In this document: positions 8,295 through 15,993 of the stretch, piece after piece
How positions within the stretch are numbered: position 1 is the stretch's first letter
Layout of the letters: each line of letters begins with the position of its first letter
Origin: Promethearchaeota archaeon
GTDB lineage: Archaea > Asgardarchaeota > Lokiarchaeia > Sigyniarchaeales > SOKP01
Reading direction: 5' to 3'
Length of the DNA: 24,257 nucleotides
Assembly: GCA_048938895.1 (NCBI GenBank)
Contig: JBHLLU010000058.1
Span: forward strand, 1 to 24,257
Translations under genes and position numbers: made by a program
Notes under the pieces: model-generated
The model's database searches: none
Told to the model about the DNA's origin: nothing
Seen by the model: the letters and a program-made list of their open reading frames with translations, nothing else

Positions 8295-9176
8295 TTGATT
8301 AAGAATATCGAAAAAAGGTTAATAGAAGGTAATTTAAATTTTAAATCGAAGGTTATGCAAGATTCCAAAAGCATTCCAATCAATGAAATTATCCCAAAGT
8401 ATCCTGTACTAGTTATTACGTGCATCGATCCCAGAATAGATATTTTTCAAATTTTTCAATTAAATCCGGGGGATGTATTTATATTCAGAAATGCGGGAAA
8501 TGTCTATACCAATGATATGTTAAGATCTTTATTGGTTAGTATTATTGAATTCGACATTAAATATATTGTAGTTTTGGGACATTTAGACTGTGGAATGACT
8601 AAAATCAACTTAAAAGAATACAGGGATAAATTACCATCTGAATTCCTTTCTCAGCTATCAAAGTATTATGCAGTAGTTCTTTCAGAATTAAACAATTTTT
8701 TCAAACCATTCAATAATGAAGTTGAAAATATAAAACAGCAGATCAAAAATTTAAATACAATTAAAAAATTTTTCCCTGAAATTGAAATTACAGGTATGTT
8801 ATATGATGTTAAAACAGGATTAGTTTTTGAATATGATCTATTTAAAGATTATAAACCCATTGAGAACTTCGAAAAAAAGTATAAGGAAATGATTATTCAT
8901 AAAAAAAATCAATTCCAAAATTATTTAGACAGTCTTGAAGCTGAAAAAAAATTGTCTGACAATATTAAATGTTCCCAGAAAGAAAGTGAACTAAATGAAG
9001 TTGAACCATGTTCTATTCAACAAGAAAGCCAGGAAATGGAAGATTCTTCTGTCTATAAAAATGGGCAATCTGAAGATATTAATTTGAAATCAATTATATC
9101 AAAAATTACAATTCCTAAAATCCAATTCCCAAAAGTTAAAGTCTATATTCCTAATATTATTAGAAAGAAAAATTAA
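8295..9176 (+). CDS. Beta-class carbonic anhydrase family protein with C-terminal extension
   Basis: Zn ligands CIDPR and HLDCG, plus RNAGN and G.LYDVKTG; GAGGT RBS before a TTG start. Confidence 0.9.
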   Translation: MIKNIEKRLIEGNLNFKSKVMQDSKSIPINEIIPKYPVLVITCIDPRIDIFQIFQLNPGDVFIFRNAGNVYTNDMLRSLLVSIIEFDIKYIVVLGHLDCGMTKINLKEYRDKLPSEFLSQLSKYYAVVLSELNNFFKPFNNEVENIKQQIKNLNTIKKFFPEIEITGMLYDVKTGLVFEYDLFKDYKPIENFEKKYKEMIIHKKNQFQNYLDSLEAEKKLSDNIKCSQKESELNEVEPCSIQQESQEMEDSSVYKNGQSEDINLKSIISKITIPKIQFPKVKVYIPNIIRKKN

Positions 9177-9205
9177 TTTAATTATATATAAATAAGAAAA
9201 ATTCT

Positions 9206-9649
9206 TCATTTTTTTTTTATGCTTTCTAAATTTTCCAAAAGGTGTCTTAATTTATCCTCAAAATCATCAATTTCTTCTTCTGAAAAACCGAAATAATACA
9301 AATCTTTCATTTCATTTGAAACTTGAATGTATTTTTCCATAAGTTCATTATTCATTTTAGTCAATTTTATTTTTATGGTTCGTCTATCCTTTTCAGAGCG
9401 AATTCGTTCAATATGTCCAGCTTTTTCAAGATTATCTAACATGTATGATAGTGTCGCCTTACTCAACATAACTTTATTTTTTAGTTCCTGGAAGGAGATA
9501 TTATCTTGAATCCATAAAGGAAACATCACTCTCCCTTGAGCAGCTGTAAGGTCAGTAATTTCATGTTTTTTCAATAATTTTTCAAATATTCTTTGAGAAA
9601 GTTGATAGATTTTTGTAATTAAAAATCCTCCTTGTCTCATGTTCTCCAT
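9206..9649 (-). CDS. MarR family transcriptional regulator
   Basis: DLTAAQGRVM, SKATLSYMLDNLEKAGHIER..SEKDRR..I.LT; TAATG stop/start overlap with the upstream gene. Confidence 0.93.
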   Translation of the reverse strand: MENMRQGGFLITKIYQLSQRIFEKLLKKHEITDLTAAQGRVMFPLWIQDNISFQELKNKVMLSKATLSYMLDNLEKAGHIERIRSEKDRRTIKIKLTKMNNELMEKYIQVSNEMKDLYYFGFSEEEIDDFEDKLRHLLENLESIKKK

Positions 9650-10119
9650 TATTCTTCCCCGGGATTAAATTGGGCCTTCTGCAATTTGTAGTAAAACTGA
9701 GCAGTTTTTGGGTTTAATCGGAGTAAAGTATAATCTGGATCTTCTAAACCTTTGAGATAATATCTCGTCCACCAATCTAACCAGATGTTTTGCTTCACTT
9801 TCATATCATCTATAACTTCTACTTTCCCTCCAAACATTACTCCTTTAAATTCTTCAGGATCGCAATAATAAACACAAATTTTTGGATTCGCCTTAATATG
9901 TTCAGTTTTAGATGATGATGTATTCGTTGATATAAATATGTCAAATTTATTGCTTAAACCATTGAAAAATTCTTTAAATTCTGGAAATTGCTCCTCATTT
10001 CTTAAATTAAACATAGCTCTTGTTATGGGGTATCCATTGGAGTCGATAGTTGTTAGATAAGCAGCTTTTGCGGTCGTCATTAATTCTAAACTTATTTTTT
10101 TTACTTCTTCTAATTCCAT
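9649..10119 (-). CDS. Pyridoxamine 5'-phosphate oxidase-like FMN-binding split-barrel protein (general stress protein 26 type)
   Basis: LTTIDSNGYPITRAM, STNTSSSK..HIKANPKICVYY, W...W..YY..G..DPDY.LL. Confidence 0.88.
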   Translation of the reverse strand: MELEEVKKISLELMTTAKAAYLTTIDSNGYPITRAMFNLRNEEQFPEFKEFFNGLSNKFDIFISTNTSSSKTEHIKANPKICVYYCDPEEFKGVMFGGKVEVIDDMKVKQNIWLDWWTRYYLKGLEDPDYTLLRLNPKTAQFYYKLQKAQFNPGEE

Positions 10120-10153
10120 AATTATTTCCCCTTTATTTTATAATTCCTTCAAT

Positions 10154-10495
10154 TTATAATGATTTTCTAATCTCATCTAATCTTTCTTTAGCTGTAGGAT
10201 CGTTTTCAAACGTTTGTTTTAAATTATCGCAGAAATAATCTTTGCAATAAGCACAATTTTCGATTTGGTGCTCTCTACAACAGCTTCTTGTTGGACACTC
10301 CTTACACCAGCTAAAAACTCTCTCCTCTGAATTACATCCATCGCAATTAACATCCTCAGGTTTAAACGACATGGATTCATTAGACCATTGCTCTGCGACC
10401 TTTTTAAGTTCCTCATAATCATCCTTTTGAGTAGCTATATATGCAGGGCATACCGAACAATTAAGCCCACAATAGGCAATAATTTTTTTACTCAT
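10154..10495 (-). CDS. DUF3795-type Cys-rich protein
   Basis: AYCGLNCSVCPAY..CDGC..CKECPTRSCC..IENCAYC..YFC pattern. Confidence 0.85.
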   Translation of the reverse strand: MSKKIIAYCGLNCSVCPAYIATQKDDYEELKKVAEQWSNESMSFKPEDVNCDGCNSEERVFSWCKECPTRSCCREHQIENCAYCKDYFCDNLKQTFENDPTAKERLDEIRKSL

Positions 10496-10525
10496 ATTTT
10501 AATTCCTCTCTATTTTCTTTGATTA

Positions 10526-10669
10526 TTATTCTTTTATGGGATTATAGCTTTTACCTACTTCATATGCTTTAGTAAGATAATCATCACATACTTTTTCACT
10601 TATTTCAGTCTTATTGCATTTTTTCCAATTGAAATCGTTAATTTCAAAATAAAATAAAGTTGTATCCAA
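10526..10669 (-). CDS. Small ORF (47 aa), first gene of the MarR operon, possibly a gene remnant
   Basis: AGAGGA RBS and TTG start. Hand translation: MDTTLFYFEINDFNWKKCNKTEISEKVCDDYLTKAYEVGKSYNPIKE. It fills the gap between the promoter and the DUF3795 gene. Confidence 0.55.
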   Translation of the reverse strand: MDTTLFYFEINDFNWKKCNKTEISEKVCDDYLTKAYEVGKSYNPIKE

Positions 10670-10700
10670 GCTTTAATCCTCTATTTTCATTTTTTAAATT

Positions 10701-10741
10701 TTGTTCTAGTTCGAACAATATATTTGTTTTAGTTCGAACAA
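10701..10741. promoter_or_regulatory. Tandem palindromic operators, likely MarR-binding
   Basis: TTGTTCtagttcGAACAA (10701-10718) and TTGTTTtagttcGAACAA (10724-10741), 17/18 identical. They lie directly downstream of a minus-strand TATA box (TTTAAATA, 10750-10743) preceded by a purine-rich BRE. Confidence 0.75.
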
Positions 10742-10958
10742 ATATTTAAATCTTTTCATAATCTCGATATCTTATCAAATTAAAAAGAAAGAAAAAATAA
10801 TAAAAGATGAAAAAAAATTTGCTTTATACATAATTTTTTCTTAAAATAATCTTTTCCTTCTAAAGCATGCATTTCATCGATGACTTCCATTTCAATGCCT
10901 CCTTCAAAAATTTCAGGAATATTTTCAGGATTTAATTATAAAACAAAAAGTAAAGAAA

Positions 10959-11873
10959 TTAATTAAATTCAGATATAATATCTTCCTTTATAATTTCAAA
11001 TAGTTTTGGTTTAGAGGGAACACCACCAAAGATTATTTCTTCAGCACCCGCATCAATATATTGTTGAATACGATCTATTATAAATGATTTTGTACCAAAT
11101 AAGACCCAATCTCCGCGTTGTTTGCGAAATTGGGCAGCTTTTTCCTCGTTGATTTCAAGACGAAAAGGAATGAGCATAGTTTTCTTAATCTCTGAAGTGT
11201 CTCTTCCAAATTCTTTACAATGATACTCAATTACATCTAATTTATGTTTAAATATTTCAGGGGAACCTGGGGCATTGAAATCGATATTACAGATGTCACC
11301 GAACCGAGCAAGCGTACGGAGAGTACGCTTTTCTCCATTCCCGCCAACCATAATTGGAACATGTGGTTTTTGAGTACATTTTGGTGCAAAATATGCTTTA
11401 TCGAGTTTGTAATACCGTCCATTATAGTCGACAGGACCTTCTGCTGTAAATAACTTCTTAATAAGCTCTACAGACTCTTCAAGACGATCACACCTCTCAC
11501 GTACACTTGGAAACTCCCAACCAAAAGCCTTATGTTCACGGTCGTACCAAGCAGCCCCAATACCAAGAATAAAACGTCCATTAGAGATCTGGTCAACAGT
11601 AGCAGCCATCTTAGCGAGTAGTGCGGGATTACGGTATGTATTACCTGTAACAAGAATACCTAAACGTAATCGATTTGTAACAGCAGCTGTGGCAGTGATC
11701 ATAGACCAGCTTTCCAATGCTACACCCGAATCTAATCCTGCTGCTGGAATAGGTGGTAGGAAATGGTCAGAATACCATAAACTATCCCAAGGACCTGCTT
11801 CAATTACTTTTATAGTTGAAAGCGTTTCTTCCCATGTTGTAAAATAATTAACCAATTGCGCTCCAAATTGCAT
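10959..11873 (-). CDS. LLM-class (luciferase-like) probably F420-dependent oxidoreductase
   Basis: WDSLWYSDHF, LGILVTGNTYRNPALLAKMAATVDQISNGR..LGIGAAW..REH.AFG, PIMVGGNGEKRTLR. Confidence 0.92.
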   Translation of the reverse strand: MQFGAQLVNYFTTWEETLSTIKVIEAGPWDSLWYSDHFLPPIPAAGLDSGVALESWSMITATAAVTNRLRLGILVTGNTYRNPALLAKMAATVDQISNGRFILGIGAAWYDREHKAFGWEFPSVRERCDRLEESVELIKKLFTAEGPVDYNGRYYKLDKAYFAPKCTQKPHVPIMVGGNGEKRTLRTLARFGDICNIDFNAPGSPEIFKHKLDVIEYHCKEFGRDTSEIKKTMLIPFRLEINEEKAAQFRKQRGDWVLFGTKSFIIDRIQQYIDAGAEEIIFGGVPSKPKLFEIIKEDIISEFN

Positions 11874-12078
11874 ATATATCCTCTCTTTTACTAATTAAAT
11901 ATCATCTGGTTTTGGAAAAAATTATAAAACTAAATGAAATTATGATATATAAATTTTTTAATTGCATTTGAGAGGTTTTTTAAGTTAGACACCACTGTAA
12001 AATGCCTTCCTAAAATTATTTAATTCTTTGATAATTAATAGATTATCATTACATTACACATTTTTCTACTGAAAAACT

Positions 12079-12756
12079 ATGATTGAATATATCTTCTTAG
12101 TTCTATTCTTTATTTTTGCCATAATAGAAATATTTGGAGAATATAAAGATAATAAAAAAATCGAGTATTCTACGAAACCACTTTTAATGCCTTTGTTAAT
12201 TCTTTTCTACATTTTTGGAGTAATTGAAACTGCTTCAATAGAAAACATTGATTGGCTAATTGTTTTTGCGTTAATCGGTGGCTGTGCTGGAGATATTTTT
12301 TTAATGCTTGAAAATGAAGAAAAGTGGTTTTTATTTGGAATGGTTGCTTTTCTAATAAATCAAATATTCTATATTATATCGTTTTTCTTGTCTATTACGG
12401 ATATTACAAATTTTACTTCATGGGGGTATTTTTTACTTGGTCCGGCTATTTTGATACTAATCTTCACAGTTCCAAGGTTTATTAATAAGACTGAAGATAT
12501 GAAAATACCCGTGTTAGTTTATTTAGTTGCAATCTTACTAATGCATATTGCAGCTATCCTAAGACTTGCAGAGTTTCAAGGATTACCATTCACATTGATT
12601 TATGTTGGTTCAATCTCCTTTATATTCTCTGATGCATGTATCGCTGTGAATAAATGGGCAGAGGAATTTACTAATGCAAGGTTAGTTATTATGACAACTT
12701 ATGTAATGGCTCAATTTTATATCGTATTGGGTGCATTACTTACTGCGGGTTTATAA
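12079..12756 (+). CDS. YhhN/TMEM86-like (lysoplasmalogenase family) membrane protein
   Basis: TKPLLMPLL, GDIFL, FLFGMVAFL, FIFSD, VIMTTY..AQ; about 7-8 TM segments. Confidence 0.85.
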   Translation: MIEYIFLVLFFIFAIIEIFGEYKDNKKIEYSTKPLLMPLLILFYIFGVIETASIENIDWLIVFALIGGCAGDIFLMLENEEKWFLFGMVAFLINQIFYIISFFLSITDITNFTSWGYFLLGPAILILIFTVPRFINKTEDMKIPVLVYLVAILLMHIAAILRLAEFQGLPFTLIYVGSISFIFSDACIAVNKWAEEFTNARLVIMTTYVMAQFYIVLGALLTAGL

Positions 12757-12803
12757 TCAATAAATTCAATTATATTTATTTTTTTATTTAGGTTTGATTA
12801 TAC

Positions 12804-13373
12804 TCAAGTTAGTGTTAAATTATTTCGTCCAGTTTTAGTCAAAATTTCTTGTACTAAGTATCTGAATATTAATGGAATGTTCTCCCCGGTTTTTGCAGAA
12901 CACTCTATATAATCAAAAAATTTATAAGAGCTCATAAATCTTAAGGCTTCCTCTTTTGAACAAACTCTTTCCTGTTCGAGATCCAATTTGTTTCCCACTA
13001 AAATAAATGGGACAATTCTTGAAACTTTTTGAAATTCAACTATCCAATTATTTAACTTATCTAAACTTTTCATACTTGTTAGGTCAAACATAAAAACTGC
13101 ACCTGATGACCCTCTAGCATAAGAGGGGATAAGAAACATAAAATTTTGCTGACCACCAAAATCCCAGATTTGAAGTGTAATTTTCCCATTTACAAGTTCA
13201 AGAAATTTTATATGAATAGTTGCACCTAATGTGGCTTGTATATTTTCATGAAATTCATTTGTAAGATACCGATCAACTAATGAGGTTTTACCAACTCCTG
13301 CATTTCCAAAAACACAGATTTTAAAAGCCAATTCTATAGATCCTTGCTCTAAATTTTCGCTGTTCCTTAACAT
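12804..13373 (-). CDS. Rab-like small GTPase (Ras superfamily)
   Basis: G1 GNAGVGKT, G2 ATLG, G3 WDFGGQ, G4 NKLD, G5 SAK; no C-terminal prenylation cysteines. Confidence 0.93.
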   Translation of the reverse strand: MLRNSENLEQGSIELAFKICVFGNAGVGKTSLVDRYLTNEFHENIQATLGATIHIKFLELVNGKITLQIWDFGGQQNFMFLIPSYARGSSGAVFMFDLTSMKSLDKLNNWIVEFQKVSRIVPFILVGNKLDLEQERVCSKEEALRFMSSYKFFDYIECSAKTGENIPLIFRYLVQEILTKTGRNNLTLT

Positions 13374-13553
13374 ATTTATTGGTAAGAAATTATGTTCAAG
13401 ATCTTTATCTAATTAAAATCTAAATAGATAATAGTGAGTGGTATAATAAATGTATCTCATTGCAATTATAGAATAATATCATTTTTTGCGAGTTATTGGT
13501 AATAAAACTTTTAATTTAATAATAATTACTAAGTTTATTAGAAGGTTAAATAT

Positions 13554-13656
13554 GCCTCCGTTGCTTAGGTGGTAGAGCGTTGCCTTGGTAAGGCAAAGGC
13601 CGCGGGTTCAAAAGAGGGAGGATGTTTATTTTCCTCAGAAATTCCCGCCGGGGGCT
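13554..13656 (+). tRNA. tRNA-Thr(GGT) with a 30-nt intron in the T-loop (predicted 59/60, 13613-13642)
   Basis: Acceptor stem GCCTCCG/CGGGGGC, D-stem GCTT/GAGC, anticodon stem TTGCC/GGCAA with GGT at 13587-13589. T-stem GCGGG/CCCGC is separated by 37 nt instead of 7. No encoded CCA. Confidence 0.9.
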
Positions 13657-13673
13657 ATATTTAAAATAATTTT

Positions 13674-13781
13674 GCCGGTGTGGCTTAGCTTGGTTATAGC
13701 GCCAGACTCATAATCCTTCTGAATGATTGGGTCAGACCGGATGCAATCTGGAGGTCGAGGGCTCAAACCCCTCCACCGGCA
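13674..13781 (+). tRNA. tRNA-Met(CAT), elongator type, with a 33-nt canonical 37/38 intron (13713-13745)
   Basis: Acceptor stem GCCGGTG/CACCGGC, anticodon stem CCAGA/TCTGG with CAT at 13709-13711, T-stem GAGGG/CCCTC. The GCCGG 5' end resembles archaeal elongator Met rather than initiator Met or Ile2. Confidence 0.88.
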
Positions 13782-13864
13782 CTCATTATTAAATTAAAGA
13801 TGAAATAAAAGTATTTCATTAAATTAGTGGAAAAAAAAATTAAACTAATTTTAGTTGAATAAAT

Positions 13865-14383
13865 TTATGTAACTGCTGTTTCTGCCTTCTCTCCCTTTAT
13901 CTGAATATAAAGAAAATATACTCCTAAAAGGAGAGGTACAAAAGAGAGTCCATATGAGAAAAAGATCCCTATACCCCAAGAATACTCATCAAATATAGAA
14001 TTTCCTACGGCTAATAAATATATCGATGGAGCAATTAACAAAATAATACCCAGTATCAATCCAACAATCCCAAATATGGTAAAGTTCTTCGGAGTCTTAA
14101 ATATCCTTTTAACCCTAGCTATAATAAACAATATTGTTAAAATTACAAAACAAATTATCATTAGTATCATTGCAGTTCTACCAGCAGTTAAAATTTCCTC
14201 ATTTGAGATAATTCCTGTATCAATAACACCTCCGCTTCCCGAAAAATAAAAACCCCAATACCAATAGAAAGATGCTCCAATTTCGGGGATAATAATACCC
14301 CAGACCGGAAGAAATATATGTAAAAAACCTAGGATCAAAAAAATAATTCCACCAAGTGTAGGTCTACTTTTTTTGGATGCCAT
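13865..14383 (-). CDS. Four-TM membrane protein of unknown function
   Basis: Four hydrophobic segments. The ATG at 14383 (MASKK) after GTGA is preferred over the track start at 14437. Confidence 0.75.
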   Translation of the reverse strand: MASKKSRPTLGGIIFLILGFLHIFLPVWGIIIPEIGASFYWYWGFYFSGSGGVIDTGIISNEEILTAGRTAMILMIICFVILTILFIIARVKRIFKTPKNFTIFGIVGLILGIILLIAPSIYLLAVGNSIFDEYSWGIGIFFSYGLSFVPLLLGVYFLYIQIKGEKAETAVT

Positions 14384-14646
14384 TTTTATCACTTGTTTAT
14401 AAAAATTTATATTTGTATTTCGATATATCTTATTCAACGTTTCTTTTTAAAAGGATTATCATTGTTTATCATACTTTCAATTATTTTATACATTTGTGGA
14501 AAGCTGTTTTCACCCTTTAGGAATTCCTTAAGTTTATTAGCAAAACTAACTAATTATTAGGAGAATAGTATATTCATTTCTAAAAGGTTCTTAAATATTG
14601 AATAATTGATTACTAGAAGGTTTAGATTTCATTATTTACAAGTAGG

Positions 14647-15429
14647 ATGAAAATGAAGTTAAAAAGTGAAATTATACGCCTTCAAGAATTTTTGATGAAT
14701 TCTTGGCCAGCTAAACATTATTTTTTCTTAAATGGATGGATATTACGCTTTACTGATGGCGTAACCTTTCGTGCTAATTCTGTGTTTCCTATACGATATA
14801 CAGGAACCCAAGAGACTCTTAATTATGATATAAAATTAGTAGAATATGCATATAATAGACATAAATTAGAACCCGTCTTTACAATGCCAGAATTTTATGA
14901 ACCATCTAACCTGAAGGAAATATTATTACAACAAGGATATTATTCCTTTGATCATACTATTGCTTTAAGTATAAATGTTGAGGAAATTCAAAGGGTAGAT
15001 ATTATGAATGATTTTACTTACTGCATTTTGGATTCTCGAACCGAAGAGATAGCAGAGTTTTTAGCTGCATTTTCAAAAAGGGATGAAAATGAGCAAAAAA
15101 TTATTCAAAAAATTAACCAAAGAATTATTATCCCTAAGAAGTGCTATATGATTGCCAAAGATAGAGAGAAAGTCATTGCAACACTTCTAGCTGTCTTAGT
15201 TCCTCAAGGGTATTTGTACATTGGTGATGTCTTTGTGCATCCAGATTACAGAAGGCAAGGTATAGCCACATCTATGCTTGTTAATTTAATTAGTAGATGG
15301 GGAATAGATAATAGTGTAAAGTATATTTGGTTGCAAGTAGAAAGGAAGAACAATAAAGCTCTAAATCTCTATTATAAATTAGGCATGAAACAGATATATA
15401 ATTATTTCTATATGAAAAGAGATAGGTAA
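14647..15429 (+). CDS. GNAT family N-acetyltransferase
   Basis: Motif A VFVHPDYRRQGIA, WLQV..NNKALNLYYKLG; N-terminal GWILR..G.T.RANSV. Confidence 0.92.
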   Translation: MKMKLKSEIIRLQEFLMNSWPAKHYFFLNGWILRFTDGVTFRANSVFPIRYTGTQETLNYDIKLVEYAYNRHKLEPVFTMPEFYEPSNLKEILLQQGYYSFDHTIALSINVEEIQRVDIMNDFTYCILDSRTEEIAEFLAAFSKRDENEQKIIQKINQRIIIPKKCYMIAKDREKVIATLLAVLVPQGYLYIGDVFVHPDYRRQGIATSMLVNLISRWGIDNSVKYIWLQVERKNNKALNLYYKLGMKQIYNYFYMKRDR

Positions 15430-15440
15430 GTAATTCTTAA

Positions 15441-15980
15441 TTAGTCACCTAACCTATCATTTTTAATTAAAGTGGTAATAATAGCATTAATCTCTGCCCT
15501 AGATCGAACTTTCATATCTTGCTGAAGACTTTCAAGAATTTTTTTTTCGTTATATCCTTTTTTATAGAATTCCTTAAACTTTTCTACACCTTCTTCATTT
15601 AAAAGTACGTATCTTCTATTTAAATATACAATTAACCATTTCTTCTTTTTTTGATTTTTGGATAATGAAGATAGTGTCTTTCTAATATCATCTACAGGTC
15701 GATTTAATTTTTCAGCGACTTCCATATCACTTATTATTAGATATTGTTGCATAAATCTTAGAATTCTCCTCTTCGAAGAGAGAGTAATTAAGTAATACAC
15801 GATATATATACAGAAAAAAGAACCAGCTAGCAAAACACCTATTAGTTGATTAAAGATGAAAATTAAAAGGATGACTCCTAAAATAAGATAGAAAAAAATT
15901 TTTTTAATAATCTCAATTAATTTTGAATTAGAATTGGAATTCTCAACCACATCTTTCAAGTCGGAGTTAATATTAGGCAC
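15441..15980 (-). CDS. Two-TM membrane protein with cytoplasmic wHTH-like domain
   Basis: TM hairpin followed by ILRFM..ISDMEVAEKLNRPVDDIRKTLSSL and a beta hairpin; GTG start 13 nt after the upstream stop. Confidence 0.65.
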   Translation of the reverse strand: MPNINSDLKDVVENSNSNSKLIEIIKKIFFYLILGVILLIFIFNQLIGVLLAGSFFCIYIVYYLITLSSKRRILRFMQQYLIISDMEVAEKLNRPVDDIRKTLSSLSKNQKKKKWLIVYLNRRYVLLNEEGVEKFKEFYKKGYNEKKILESLQQDMKVRSRAEINAIITTLIKNDRLGD

Positions 15981-15993
15981 CTAACATTCTTAA

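Noticed and set aside
13554-14646. tRNA pair as an integration site for a mobile element
   Set aside because: I found no duplicated tRNA 3' end, integrase or transposase in the window.
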